Part shown: positions 18,638 to 28,155 of the stretch, one piece after another
Numbering within the stretch: position 1 is the stretch's first letter
How the letters are laid out: each line of letters opens with the position of its first letter
Source: a virus
Taxonomy: Duplodnaviria > Caudoviricetes
IMG/VR virus record: IMGVR_UViG_3300037755_000409
Location: 1-55,991 of that record
Reading direction: 5' to 3' (one strand)
Length of the DNA stretch: 55,991 nucleotides
Program-made: the position numbers and the translations under genes
The notes under the pieces: model-generated
Told to the model about the DNA's origin: nothing
Database searches by the model: none
The model's input: the letters and a program-made list of their open reading frames with translations, nothing else

Positions 18638-18868
18638 TCATTCTGCAGGCGGCTGGATATCAAGCGCACCCTCGCTCAACCAGCGTTCGCAATAGCAGCC
18701 ATCTGCAGCCACATAGTGAATGAGATACAGGTTGTCGCCACCGTCAGCATACTCAGCGCGGCCATGTACGTGGCCTTTCTCGGCGCTCATCTTCATTCGA
18801 ACCAAATCGTTCAACGCGAATTTTGAAGATACCCATCTATTCGTCCTTGTCCGTCGAGCGCCACTCAC
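18638..18868 (-). CDS. Hypothetical phage protein
   Basis: GRAEY...YLIHYVAADG pattern seen in small phage proteins; start uncertain. Confidence 0.6.
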   Translation of the reverse strand: MSGARRTRTNRWVSSKFALNDLVRMKMSAEKGHVHGRAEYADGGDNLYLIHYVAADGCYCERWLSEGALDIQPPAE

Positions 18869-19037
18869 GCCAGAACGTCCATAGCCGCGTCACACCCAAC
18901 ACCATGCCTACCAACAGCGTACTGGTGGTGAGCAGCTGATTGAGACTATCGAGCCACGGCACCCATGCAGGCGACGCAGCCAAGCCGGTTGCGAGGGTGA
19001 TATCGCCGACATTCTGAAATGGCTGATGATGCGACAT
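18837..19037 (-). CDS. Small membrane protein, holin-like
   Basis: 66 aa from ATG 19037, hydrophobic segments and charged C-terminus. Confidence 0.5.
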   Translation of the reverse strand: MSHHQPFQNVGDITLATGLAASPAWVPWLDSLNQLLTTSTLLVGMVLGVTRLWTFWREWRSTDKDE

Positions 19038-19047
19038 GAATCCCCAT

Positions 19048-19082
19048 AAAAAAACCCGCTCGACACGGTTGTGCGGCGGGTT
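19048..19082 (-). terminator. Rho-independent terminator at the head of the late operon
   Basis: Minus strand AACCCGC...GCGGGTT followed by a T-run. Confidence 0.7.
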
Positions 19083-19109
19083 GGGTGTAATACTCTCCAG
19101 AGTAGGAAT

Positions 19110-19139
19110 ATCGTTATATTTTGGGTCGTTACATGTCAA
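19110..19139 (-). promoter_or_regulatory. Putative late promoter
   Basis: TTGACA at 19139-19134 with an AT-rich TATAACGAT -10 region. Confidence 0.45.
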
Positions 19140-19162
19140 GTGGGTTTTGACAATCTCAAATC

Positions 19163-19549
19163 TTAGAAAAACTCCAATGGCTCATCGGCAGCAGACGCTT
19201 CACGGCACCCATTAATAAACCGCCTCGCCACCTTACCATAGCTGCCAAGCCGACCGCCGCTATCGTCTAAATTATCGATGGCCGGCAAGAGCTGTTCCAT
19301 CTCATCAGCAAGCTTGCCGCAAAGCTCTGATGCGATTTCACCATCACAATCGGAATGCTTGAAAAATTCCCATAGACCGGGACGCGTTTCCGGCTGCACT
19401 TGGTCACCCGGATAATATTGATTGTCATCAAAAGTTCGATCTTCATGCGGCGGGAACGAACCACCGGAAGCCTTTGCGACGATTTGGCGAAATCGATTAA
19501 ATGCCGAATACGGACCGCTGAATGCGTCGTGCGAAATATCAAGTCCCAT
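19163..19549 (-). CDS. Hypothetical protein
   Basis: MGLDIS... ORF abutting the upstream gene; HSDCDG motif. Confidence 0.75.
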   Translation of the reverse strand: MGLDISHDAFSGPYSAFNRFRQIVAKASGGSFPPHEDRTFDDNQYYPGDQVQPETRPGLWEFFKHSDCDGEIASELCGKLADEMEQLLPAIDNLDDSGGRLGSYGKVARRFINGCREASAADEPLEFF

Positions 19550-19550
19550 T

Positions 19551-20141
19551 TCAATACCCTTCAGCCGTCAATCCGCACGCTGTTTCGGCAATCCCATCCA
19601 GAAACGCCATTCGCTTGTTCGTAGCACGCGGATAGAACCGCAACCCATATTGCGCCGGCGACAATGCACCTTCTACGCCATTTTGAATTGCAGTGAAAGC
19701 TGCCAGCACTCGAAACCGCATACCCTGGCAAGGCAACCGCTTGCGAAAACGCATGTGCTCATGGACAGCCTTAATCTGTTCGTCGTGTATCGGGCTGCGC
19801 ACCAACGAGCCGCCGCTTCCGCCATCGAAGGAAACGGCCTTTGCGCTGCCATGCAAAAGCTCTTCGCACAGAGCCCATCTTTCCAGCGCGTTAGCCTCAA
19901 CATCATCGAGCATCCTGTCGAGCGTCGTGAGCTGCGCCTTGCCGGCTTTCATCAGTGCCAGGCGTTGTGGCAAAGGCGTGAGCAGCATTGTCGGTCTGGC
20001 GATGGCTTTTTGGCGTTCCGCAAGGATGCGCAAGCAAGTGCGCCGCTCAAGGGTGTGATGGCGCTGCAGAAAGCACCGACGAGCTCGCACCAGCTCTTTG
20101 CGGGTCGATTCATGCAGTTCGCTGATTTCGTCGCTGCTCAT
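19551..20141 (-). CDS. Hypothetical protein (position suggests a late-gene regulator)
   Basis: ORF between the replication region and the late promoter. Confidence 0.55.
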   Translation of the reverse strand: MSSDEISELHESTRKELVRARRCFLQRHHTLERRTCLRILAERQKAIARPTMLLTPLPQRLALMKAGKAQLTTLDRMLDDVEANALERWALCEELLHGSAKAVSFDGGSGGSLVRSPIHDEQIKAVHEHMRFRKRLPCQGMRFRVLAAFTAIQNGVEGALSPAQYGLRFYPRATNKRMAFLDGIAETACGLTAEGY

Positions 20142-20179
20142 GCGGAAAGCTCCGATTTTTTGTTTCCATAATCATGGGT

Positions 20180-20345
20180 GTCGGTGAAGTCGGTGAAGTC
20201 GGTGATTTTCCTATCTTATTTGTCCTCGCGTATGCAGGCTTGTTGTTGGTGAAGTCGGTGAAAATAAAAATAAAGTCAGAGGAAGGCTCAAAACGACCCA
20301 GCAAAAAATAAGATACAAAATCACCGACTTCACCGACTTCACCGA
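20180..20345. repeat. Iteron-like GTCGGTGAA repeats forming a 29-bp inverted repeat; putative replication origin
   Basis: 20181-20209 is the exact reverse complement of 20317-20345; extra copies near 20248-20262; A/T-rich core. Confidence 0.75.
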
Positions 20346-22654
20346 TTCACTTCCTCGACATGCTGCGCTGCAGCTTCAATTCTATCGCGCAATGAAAGCT
20401 GTGATTGCACGTATACCGTGTGGCGCTTGTTTCCGATCTTCCATTGACCGTCGTGCTTGTCACCTGGATTACGGGTTGCGACATAGCCTGCTGATTCCAT
20501 CCGATGCGGAATCTTGCGCCGGTTTTTACGATCTCTGAGCCATTCGGCAAGATCCTTCGGCGCAAGTGAGGCAATTTGTTCAAGCCGTATGGCAGCCGGA
20601 CGCCCAAGTGAATCGAGCACGTCAGCGAGCTCACTATCTTCTGGCGCACGGTTGGCGTCGGCGATGTCTCGAAATGCTGGCGTCTGACGCGGCGGCGCTT
20701 TCGCATCGAAATTCGATAGGTCATAGGCAGCCAGATACGCTGCGACATTGCGCAGCCCGCCTCGCCCGTACCAGCTGTAAAGCCGTGACCAATAATCAGG
20801 TTCGAACGTGTCGCGCAGAATTTCGGCCCAGGCCACGAAATGGCGTCGATCATCGGGCGACAAATACAGGCCGTCTGATTTGTAATTTGTGGTGATGATG
20901 ACACCACAGACGTTCGGCACGCTATATTCGCGCATGTTCTTTTCATCGCAACGCAGTACGTCCGGCGGCGCTGCCATGAGCGTCTTGCAATGGTCGTAGA
21001 AGGTGTAGCGATCAACCTCGCCGAGATCGCGCGCCTCGCTGATCCTCAGAATGACGGAACGCAAATAGCCGTTGAAACGGCCAAGCATTTGCGCCGGCGA
21101 AATCTCAGTGCAGTTCCAATGGCCAACCGCATATTTGACAGGCTCTAAAATCGTATCCTTGCCCGTTCCCTGCGGTCCGCCGAGCACCAGCGCGTGATTA
21201 ATTTTCTCTTCCGGCCGCTGCACACGATGCGCGAACCACGCGACGAGCTCCTGCACCTCATCGGGATAGACACGCTCGATATGATCGAGCCACGGCTTGA
21301 CGTCGGCGGCATTGCCCGTTTTAACGATTGGCGGCCGGTAGAGATTGAGAATCCGACTGTCCGGTCGATCGATGAAACCGCCCTCGGAAATCACCTTGTC
21401 CTCGATGATTAGCGGCCGTCCCGGCGCCCATGTCATTTGCTGCACGGCCTGGTGCTTCGACAACCAGCGCGACGGCGGCACGTCGACCTTGCCGACCCTC
21501 TTCCACGGCAATTGCGAATTTACGCTCTCTGCCGGCCACAGGTCGCGCGTGTCGATGCAGATGAATTTGTTCATCGGCAAATAGGCGAGGAAATTATCGT
21601 AAGTCCAACCGACAGGCTGCTTTTCGGTCGCCCTGTAATCTTCAGCCTTTTTGCCTTTAGCCAGGTCATCATTGAAATCGTCACCGCAAAGCGGATATTG
21701 AATCCGGCACACAACGCCGGTGGCAATGACGCGTTCGTATAGAGCGTCGATTGATTTCTGAATTTCCTCACCCGGTTTGCCTGGCTTTTTCGAATCGGCA
21801 AAAATGATGATTTCCTTGAGCCCGTCCGGCCATTGCCATGACGCCAGATTGCCGGCAGATATCGCAGACCATACCGGCACCCAGAATATCTGAGCAGCTG
21901 CGAGCGCCGTCTCGATGCCTTCGGCGATGCCAAGCACGCCGCGGTCATCCAGCGGCAAAAGCCGGATTGAGCCGCCGCCGAACGGGTTGAGCGCTTTTTT
22001 TCCGACTGACGCCTTTCCAGATCCATCGTGCAAAAGGTATGTGCGATGGATGGCGTTCATGAATTCGCCGGCCTTGTCCCTCACCAGACCTATGAGCGCG
22101 GGGAAGTCCAGGCCACTGCCGCTGTCGCGAACTTTCCCGCAATACATCAAGTCGGCCGATGGCTTCACCGTGATCTTGCGAATTTTCAGATACGCCTCGG
22201 CAGGCGTACCGGCGAGCGGCTCGCAACGCCGAACGATGTTCAGAACTGACTGCGTGTAATCTTTCGGCTCATCAGCCGGCGCTTCTGCAGGCTGCGGCGC
22301 GGGCCGGCGCGGCTGCGCATCATGCAAGCCCAACGCATCGGCGGCCCATGCAGCGGCTTCGCTGGCCTTGCTGGCGTGTCCCATCTGCTGAATCAAATCT
22401 AGGATATCGCCGTGGCTGCATGTGCAGTGGTAACAGCCGTCGCTCGCATCCCATCTCCATGACGGGTTTTTGTCCTCGTGGTACGGCAACGGACATCGGA
22501 TTCTCTTTCCGGGCGCTGGTGGCGTGATGCGAAGCGCGCCGAGCAGCTCACGCTCACGGCCTTCGATAGCCTCCTTGATTTGCGAAAAGGTGAGCTTGCG
22601 CGGCTTGTCATCCTGTCGCAGTAGGTGCGGGTCGGCGTCCGTAAAATCTAGCAT
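20339..22654 (-). CDS. Primase-helicase (Zn finger + TOPRIM + SF3/D5-like ATPase)
   Basis: CPLPYHED..C.C, AEGIETA, IFAD, DFND, GGPQGTGKD; ATG at 22654. Confidence 0.9.
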   Translation of the reverse strand: MLDFTDADPHLLRQDDKPRKLTFSQIKEAIEGRERELLGALRITPPAPGKRIRCPLPYHEDKNPSWRWDASDGCYHCTCSHGDILDLIQQMGHASKASEAAAWAADALGLHDAQPRRPAPQPAEAPADEPKDYTQSVLNIVRRCEPLAGTPAEAYLKIRKITVKPSADLMYCGKVRDSGSGLDFPALIGLVRDKAGEFMNAIHRTYLLHDGSGKASVGKKALNPFGGGSIRLLPLDDRGVLGIAEGIETALAAAQIFWVPVWSAISAGNLASWQWPDGLKEIIIFADSKKPGKPGEEIQKSIDALYERVIATGVVCRIQYPLCGDDFNDDLAKGKKAEDYRATEKQPVGWTYDNFLAYLPMNKFICIDTRDLWPAESVNSQLPWKRVGKVDVPPSRWLSKHQAVQQMTWAPGRPLIIEDKVISEGGFIDRPDSRILNLYRPPIVKTGNAADVKPWLDHIERVYPDEVQELVAWFAHRVQRPEEKINHALVLGGPQGTGKDTILEPVKYAVGHWNCTEISPAQMLGRFNGYLRSVILRISEARDLGEVDRYTFYDHCKTLMAAPPDVLRCDEKNMREYSVPNVCGVIITTNYKSDGLYLSPDDRRHFVAWAEILRDTFEPDYWSRLYSWYGRGGLRNVAAYLAAYDLSNFDAKAPPRQTPAFRDIADANRAPEDSELADVLDSLGRPAAIRLEQIASLAPKDLAEWLRDRKNRRKIPHRMESAGYVATRNPGDKHDGQWKIGNKRHTVYVQSQLSLRDRIEAAAQHVEEVNR

Positions 22655-23286
22655 TGGCGCCGCCACTGAACAGTGTTTCCGGCTTCGGCCCAGCTTTTTT
22701 CCCAATACTGCGAATCCCCTGGGGGGCACCATTCACCATCAAGGGTTTCGTGGTGAACATCTTCATAGCCGAATTCTAGAACTGGCGTGCTGGCGGATGG
22801 ACGTTCCCAGAGCGTAGCGGCTATCCAATGCTTTTCATTTTCTACATCCGTTCGGCCATGCGCTAAAATCCAACCAGCCTTCAGCCACGGATAAGTATAG
22901 TCATATTCAAGAAAATAATCGCAGCTGATCCCAATGGGCTCATCTTCGTAAAACTGCTCGGTATCGAAACCAAACCAACGCCCTTTATGCACTGGTCTGT
23001 ACACATTATCGGTGAGTACAATTAATCGCCAATCTTGAGCAGCGCAAAACTCGGCGGCGCGCCGCATTTTTTCACCTCCAAGGTCAAGCGCATATTCCGG
23101 CTTGATTTCAACGAGTGCGTTTCTTCGCTGTCCGTAGAGAATGAAGTCGGGAATATAGCCCTCAAGTTCAAACGGCTCATACGCCCATCGCCGCTTGCCT
23201 AAATCGAAAAATGCAGCCCAGCGCGCCTCGAGGCGTGAACGGAACTGCACATGCTTGTATTTTGTCGGAATTGCAGCGATGGCCAT
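22648..23286 (-). CDS. PD-(D/E)XK-like nuclease
   Basis: FRSRLEARWAAFFD, W.YEP, YIPDF, VEIKP. Confidence 0.75.
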   Translation of the reverse strand: MAIAAIPTKYKHVQFRSRLEARWAAFFDLGKRRWAYEPFELEGYIPDFILYGQRRNALVEIKPEYALDLGGEKMRRAAEFCAAQDWRLIVLTDNVYRPVHKGRWFGFDTEQFYEDEPIGISCDYFLEYDYTYPWLKAGWILAHGRTDVENEKHWIAATLWERPSASTPVLEFGYEDVHHETLDGEWCPPGDSQYWEKSWAEAGNTVQWRRQC

Positions 23287-23298
23287 GCACCGTTCCTT

Positions 23299-24675
23299 CT
23301 ACGCTAAGAGAACCAAACCTTTTTCCGCCCTCGTAATTGCCGTATACAACCACCGCCGCCGATCCAGATCCGTCCGGCCAAGCCCATCATCCCAGACAAT
23401 GACGTTTTCCCATTGCGACCCTTGCGCCTTGTGGCAGGTGATTGCCCAGCCATAGGTGGCCTCGACGAGACCTTTCTTGACGCGCCAATCCCGATCGGGC
23501 CGATCCTTGTCGAACTGCACGTGGTCGAAAAAATGCCCGGTATAAATGCGCTGCCGTTGCTTGCCGCCCGTCGACGAAACCGCATTGCCGTCCTCATCGA
23601 GCACAAGAGCAGAGAAGTAATGCTCTTTGTCACCGGGCTCGATGTCCGTCAGGGTGATGAACATGCCGTTGATGAGGCCGCGGTCGTTCATGTTCTTCAG
23701 GCAGATTATTTTCTCGCCGTTCCCTGTCGGCATGGCGTTGCCGTTGTAGCCGGCGGCGAGCCGCATCTCGTTGTTGAGCTGCAGGCGAGTAGCGTTCATG
23801 CCGCAGATCACCTGCCCGCCACGCAGCATCTGAGCCGCCGTCAGCGAGCCCTTGGGAAGCTTTGCCACATGCGGATCATAGGTGCCGTACTCGATGGGCT
23901 CGCCGTTCCGTGCGGCCGTCGCAAGCCGAATGATTGCGCTCTCTTCGGCCTGGCGATGGATTTCCGTGAGCATGACGTCCGGCTCGGCATTTGTGAATGC
24001 ACCCTCGCCGCGGATAGGCGGCAGCTGGCCGGGATCGCCGAGCACCAGGATCGGCCTGCCGAAGCTCATGAGATCCTTGGCCATCTCGTCGCCAACCATT
24101 GAAACCTCGTCGAGCACGATCAGATCGGCGAACGCGGCATCGCTCTGCGGGTTGAGCGCGAACCGCGGCTGCTTCAGCTTTTTGAGCGCCTGTTCCATCC
24201 CGATGATTTCCGACTGCTTCGCAACGCTGTCGAAGTGATCCGTGATGGCGAGTGCGGCTTCCTTCGCCTTGTCGATCTCTTCCTGGCGCTTTTTGATTTC
24301 CTCTTCCGTGGCCTCGATGACGCTATAGATCAGGCTGTGAATGGTGCGCGCCGGCGTGCCTTTCTGGCGCAACACGAGCGCGGCCTTGCCGGTGAATGTC
24401 GCGGTGACGACGCCGCCATGCATTGGCTCGTCATCGTCATCGTTCTGCCGGTCCTCGATGCCGAGCTCTTTAAGCGCATATTTCAACACCGTAGTTTTTC
24501 CGGTGCCGGCATAGCCGAACAGCCGAAAAATCTGCTGACTGTCGGTGCGCATCTTGAACCAGTCCTTTATCGAGGCAATGGCGCGCTGCTGTTTTTCCGA
24601 TAGCTGAATGTCACTCATTGCAGGCGCTTTCGCTCGATACTGAAATTTTGAACCGTGATTGAAATCGATGAGCAT
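23299..24675 (-). CDS. SF1B (RecD/Dda-like) DNA helicase
   Basis: GYAGTGKTT, TIHS, DEVSM, LGDPGQLPP, HRQA, TCHKAQGSQW, YTAITRA. Confidence 0.93.
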   Translation of the reverse strand: MLIDFNHGSKFQYRAKAPAMSDIQLSEKQQRAIASIKDWFKMRTDSQQIFRLFGYAGTGKTTVLKYALKELGIEDRQNDDDDEPMHGGVVTATFTGKAALVLRQKGTPARTIHSLIYSVIEATEEEIKKRQEEIDKAKEAALAITDHFDSVAKQSEIIGMEQALKKLKQPRFALNPQSDAAFADLIVLDEVSMVGDEMAKDLMSFGRPILVLGDPGQLPPIRGEGAFTNAEPDVMLTEIHRQAEESAIIRLATAARNGEPIEYGTYDPHVAKLPKGSLTAAQMLRGGQVICGMNATRLQLNNEMRLAAGYNGNAMPTGNGEKIICLKNMNDRGLINGMFITLTDIEPGDKEHYFSALVLDEDGNAVSSTGGKQRQRIYTGHFFDHVQFDKDRPDRDWRVKKGLVEATYGWAITCHKAQGSQWENVIVWDDGLGRTDLDRRRWLYTAITRAEKGLVLLA

Positions 24676-24685
24676 GGCGCGCTCG

Positions 24686-25309
24686 TCATATTAACGCGGC
24701 TTGATTGTATGCATTCCAGTCGCGAACCAGAATGTGCGTCAGTTCCCGGATATCGTCTTGGCGTTCGCCTTCATTCCGAGCATAGGCAACGCGCACCGCC
24801 TGCCGAAATAATGGGTGATCTTCAATCGCCGCTTCGATTGTGGATTCACGCTCTTCCTGCAGCTGCTCTTCTGTGAATACGTGCAGATCAGCACTTTCCG
24901 CGAGATCCGTAATATCGTGCTGCGTCAACGCCTCACCATCCATGTGGGAAAACAGCTTTTGCGTCATGTAAGTTGTGTCCGCGTCGCCGCTTTCACATTC
25001 GCGGTAGAGCGCGTCTATCAGGTCGTCAGCTTCCGGCACGAGACCCGCGACAGTTTCGGCGCGCAATTTCGCGGCGTTATCGAGGATGCGTTGCGCAAAG
25101 CCCATGAGAGATAGCGCGCCGTCAATCCATGCGCGCAGTTGCGTTGCGGAAGCGCCATTGACGCCATGTGAATGGTGCCTGCCTCCATCGAACGCGATGC
25201 GCCATTTCTTCTTCTCAACGGCAATGATTTCTGCTGTCTCGAAGCCTAGCGTTTTGGCGATTGCGTTGGCGTTCGCGCGGTCGTGGTACATGAACGGATT
25301 CACTGGCAT
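24686..25309 (-). CDS. Hypothetical protein
   Basis: 207-aa ORF in the replication operon. Confidence 0.7.
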   Translation of the reverse strand: MPVNPFMYHDRANANAIAKTLGFETAEIIAVEKKKWRIAFDGGRHHSHGVNGASATQLRAWIDGALSLMGFAQRILDNAAKLRAETVAGLVPEADDLIDALYRECESGDADTTYMTQKLFSHMDGEALTQHDITDLAESADLHVFTEEQLQEERESTIEAAIEDHPLFRQAVRVAYARNEGERQDDIRELTHILVRDWNAYNQAALI

Positions 25310-25319
25310 TTCTCACAAC

Positions 25320-25682
25320 TCAAAATGGAATTTCGTCGTTTAGATCGCGCTTAAGCTGCTCAGTCTGTTCCGTCAGCGACTTGTGAAACCCGTCCACGCA
25401 CGCCTCAATCAGCCGGTCGATATCGTCAGCCGTCCGATGAAAGAACGCATCCATCAATCCGAGCTCGGTGAGCGCTTCCGCGAAGGGCTTGCGCGCGTCC
25501 TTGATTGCCTGCTTTTCACGCACCGTTTTGTCGATCATCCCGAAATTCTCCTTGGCGAGTGCAACGCCGATGTCCTGGCAACGGACCGAGCAGAAGCGGT
25601 AAAATGGAAAGCTGCCCCAGGCGAGTTGATGGCAATATCCGAAGCCGCGCGCTTCACGTCCGCAAATGGCGCAGAGCGTTAC
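25320..25682 (-). CDS. DUF6511-like protein
   Basis: CAICGREARGFG..FCS..C, MIDKT.RE, IDRLIEACVDGF, DEIPF end; start uncertain. Confidence 0.65.
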   Translation of the reverse strand, partial: VTLCAICGREARGFGYCHQLAWGSFPFYRFCSVRCQDIGVALAKENFGMIDKTVREKQAIKDARKPFAEALTELGLMDAFFHRTADDIDRLIEACVDGFHKSLTEQTEQLKRDLNDEIPF

Positions 25683-25939
25683 CCGCCCAAGAGCCACTCG
25701 TAATTTGCTGCTTTCGGCCTCGCGTGCGCGAGCCGCAGCGAGTTCAGCACTACCCAGCGCGCGGTTGCCGCCTCGGCGATTGCCTCGAGCTCCTTTAGGG
25801 TGAGCACTCTGATAGGCTGTTCCAGCCTTCCGCGGCCTTCGAACCATTTGCCGATTTCCTTCGCCGTCTCACGCCGCAGGAAGACAAGCCATTCATCGTC
25901 GGACAGGTCGCGGGCGGCGGTTTCGTCTGCCTCGCGCAT
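25679..25939 (-). CDS. Hypothetical protein
   Basis: Operon packing. Confidence 0.65.
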   Translation of the reverse strand: MREADETAARDLSDDEWLVFLRRETAKEIGKWFEGRGRLEQPIRVLTLKELEAIAEAATARWVVLNSLRLAHARPKAANYEWLLGG

Positions 25940-26203
25940 TCAATCGCTCAAGAACTCAAGCACTGCCTTGTTCGACTTCAAGCCGAGAAACTTCTTCACC
26001 GCCTCATAAGCCGGACCGCGCGGTGCAACCTTGTCTTGCACAAGGTCGCCCATAACGGTGTCCAGTATCGCCGGCAGACGCTCTATCGGCCATCGGCACA
26101 CGCCGGTTGCGTGCAGCTTCCCCAATTCCAGCGCGTACATATTTCTGAACGCTGAGCGGCGTTTTTCAACGTCCAGAATCATCATGTCGTCAGCTTTCGT
26201 CAT
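25940..26203 (-). CDS. Hypothetical protein
   Basis: Operon packing. Confidence 0.6.
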   Translation of the reverse strand: MTKADDMMILDVEKRRSAFRNMYALELGKLHATGVCRWPIERLPAILDTVMGDLVQDKVAPRGPAYEAVKKFLGLKSNKAVLEFLSD

Positions 26204-26209
26204 GGCGGG

Positions 26210-26914
26210 CTATCCATTCACCCATGACGGCGCTGTTGCAGCGGCTTGCTGCTGTGCTGCAGGCTGCATCGGCTGTTGTGCTGGCGCTGCCGCCGCGGCC
26301 CCGTTCTGCCAGCCGAGCGCTTGCTGTGCCGGCGCGGCCGTGCTGCCTGCCTGCTTCTTTGGCTTCGCGCCGATCGGATCCGGCGTGACGTGCTGGCCGT
26401 TCATCACGGCCTCGTACTGCGGATCCGTTACGAACACGCAGTTCGCGATTTCATTTTTATCGCTGTACTGCTCATTGTCGGACGGCCGCACCATGACGCG
26501 CGCAATAAACGTGATGCCGTCGAGTTGGCGGAATGCCTGAATGCGGCGCTGCTGGTTGGCCTGATCGCTCTTGTCGTCCGGATTGAGCCTGGCCGCGCTA
26601 TCGATCATGGCGCGGATCAGATTTTTCGACATGTTCCAGCCGATCGACACGTTGTTCTTGTCGCGCTTGCCACCATCGACGATGAGATTCTGCCAGAGCT
26701 TGCGGCCGTTGAATTCGCCGCCTTCGACTGTGAATTCCCCGTCGAGAAAAACCGCATCGGACGTCTGCGATTTCTTCAGCATGTTGGCGTCCATCGGGTC
26801 GGCGCCGTTATGGCCGCCTGGCCGGATTTTCATCTTGAGCTTGACGAAAGCGCCATCGGTAATGAGTTCGCCAATCGGTGCAAGGTGCGGATTGGCGTCG
26901 GTGAAATCGAGCAT
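26210..26914 (-). CDS. Putative ssDNA-binding protein (DUF669-like)
   Basis: Follows the AAA ATPase; LDGEFTV.GG...RKLW, KNEI, Q/A/P-rich tail ending PSW. Confidence 0.65.
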   Translation of the reverse strand: MLDFTDANPHLAPIGELITDGAFVKLKMKIRPGGHNGADPMDANMLKKSQTSDAVFLDGEFTVEGGEFNGRKLWQNLIVDGGKRDKNNVSIGWNMSKNLIRAMIDSAARLNPDDKSDQANQQRRIQAFRQLDGITFIARVMVRPSDNEQYSDKNEIANCVFVTDPQYEAVMNGQHVTPDPIGAKPKKQAGSTAAPAQQALGWQNGAAAAAPAQQPMQPAAQQQAAATAPSWVNG

Positions 26915-26927
26915 GGCAGTCTCCTTT

Positions 26928-27749
26928 TTAGCAGGCGTTGATTTTGTTCAAGAGGGCGGTGAGGTCTGGTGGTTCGGTCTCGCCGAGGCGGCCGGAACGG
27001 TCCTTTGCCGGCAGCCCCCAGCGATTGCCTTCCTTGCAGACGAGCAGGCGTTCGGTTGCACCCGCGCGGCCGAGCTGCAGATCGCCTTCCGGCGTGCGGT
27101 CGAAGAACTGCATTGTCATCACCTGGTCGACGATGCCGGGCAGTTCCTTGCCGGATTTCGCGCCTTCCATCTGCGGCGTCCACAGCCGTGTTTCCGTGTC
27201 GAAATCGAGCAGGCCGACGAATATGACGGTCTTGCCGTTGGCCCGCTGCAGATGTCTCAAAGCGCGGATGACTTCGCGCGCAAGCAGTCCGTAAGCGCCG
27301 CGCGTGTCCGGCTTGCCGGAACGCTCTGAAAACGCATCAGGCTGTTGCTGCGCATAGGTCATCGCCATGCGCGTCAGGTCGGTGATGGAATCGACGAAGA
27401 TGACAGGCCGCGTTCTGACGAATTGTTCGACCTGGCTGTCGGCATAGGTCTGCACGACATGCGCGTGATGCGATTGGCTGTACCAGGCGTTTTGCGCAAC
27501 GGCCGGATCTAGCCCGCCGATGAGCGCGGTGAGATCCTGGAAATCCCTGAAGTCGCGGATTTCGATGCTAGCGCCCGGCCAGCTATGCACCGACTTCATC
27601 CCCGCCTCGAGATCGATGCACAGCGTATAGTCTGCCGGCAGCGTCTTGAGCAGCGATGTCTTGCCGACGCCATACGGCCCGAAAATTGCTATCGATGTCT
27701 TGTTCTTTGCCGCTCTGCGTTCGTCAGCGGTCGTGATCTGCAGCGCCAT
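26928..27749 (-). CDS. AAA_24 / Sak4-like ATPase
   Basis: GPYGVGKTS, DLEAG, IFVDSIT, ELPGIVD, AKDRSG. Confidence 0.88.
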   Translation of the reverse strand: MALQITTADERRAAKNKTSIAIFGPYGVGKTSLLKTLPADYTLCIDLEAGMKSVHSWPGASIEIRDFRDFQDLTALIGGLDPAVAQNAWYSQSHHAHVVQTYADSQVEQFVRTRPVIFVDSITDLTRMAMTYAQQQPDAFSERSGKPDTRGAYGLLAREVIRALRHLQRANGKTVIFVGLLDFDTETRLWTPQMEGAKSGKELPGIVDQVMTMQFFDRTPEGDLQLGRAGATERLLVCKEGNRWGLPAKDRSGRLGETEPPDLTALLNKINAC

Positions 27750-27933
27750 CTTCAGCCCTTGAATAATTTGTCAGCCTGCGCCCCGTCGACGCAAACAACC
27801 CGTATCGCGACATTGCGCTTTTCACGGCATCGCGCGTTTCGCCGATCTGTTCGGCAATCTGCGCGGCGCTCATGCCGCGCGCGGACATATCAGCCAGTCG
27901 CTCTTGCAAGTTCGGATCCTGCCAGCGCTTCAT
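27724..27933 (-). CDS. Small HTH protein resembling the GcrA N-terminal domain
   Basis: W.......L......GMSAAQIAEQIG.TRDAV.....RYGL. Confidence 0.65.
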   Translation of the reverse strand: MKRWQDPNLQERLADMSARGMSAAQIAEQIGETRDAVKSAMSRYGLFASTGRRLTNYSRAEDGAADHDR

Positions 27934-27936
27934 TGC

Positions 27937-28155
27937 TCAACAGGCCGATAAGTCTGCGATACCCCCCCCCAGCAGCGAATCCTGCGAAGGGGTGAGGCAG
28001 CCATGTTCAATCAGTCGGTGAAATCGCCACGGGCTAATCTGCTGATTGGATTCGAGATACGGACGGCCGCGATCGACGCCGACGAACCCGCACGCCTTGA
28101 TGAGCCTCAGGGCAGCTGCGTCGGCTTCGGTGAATTTTCCGACTTTCCTACGCAT
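27937..28155 (-). CDS. Hypothetical protein
   Basis: Operon packing. Confidence 0.55.
   Translation of the reverse strand: MRRKVGKFTEADAAALRLIKACGFVGVDRGRPYLESNQQISPWRFHRLIEHGCLTPSQDSLLGGGIADLSAC

Noticed and set aside
22648-23286. Cas4 serving the CRISPR locus
   Set aside because: Lacks the four-Cys Fe-S pattern and lies in the replication operon about 17 kb away
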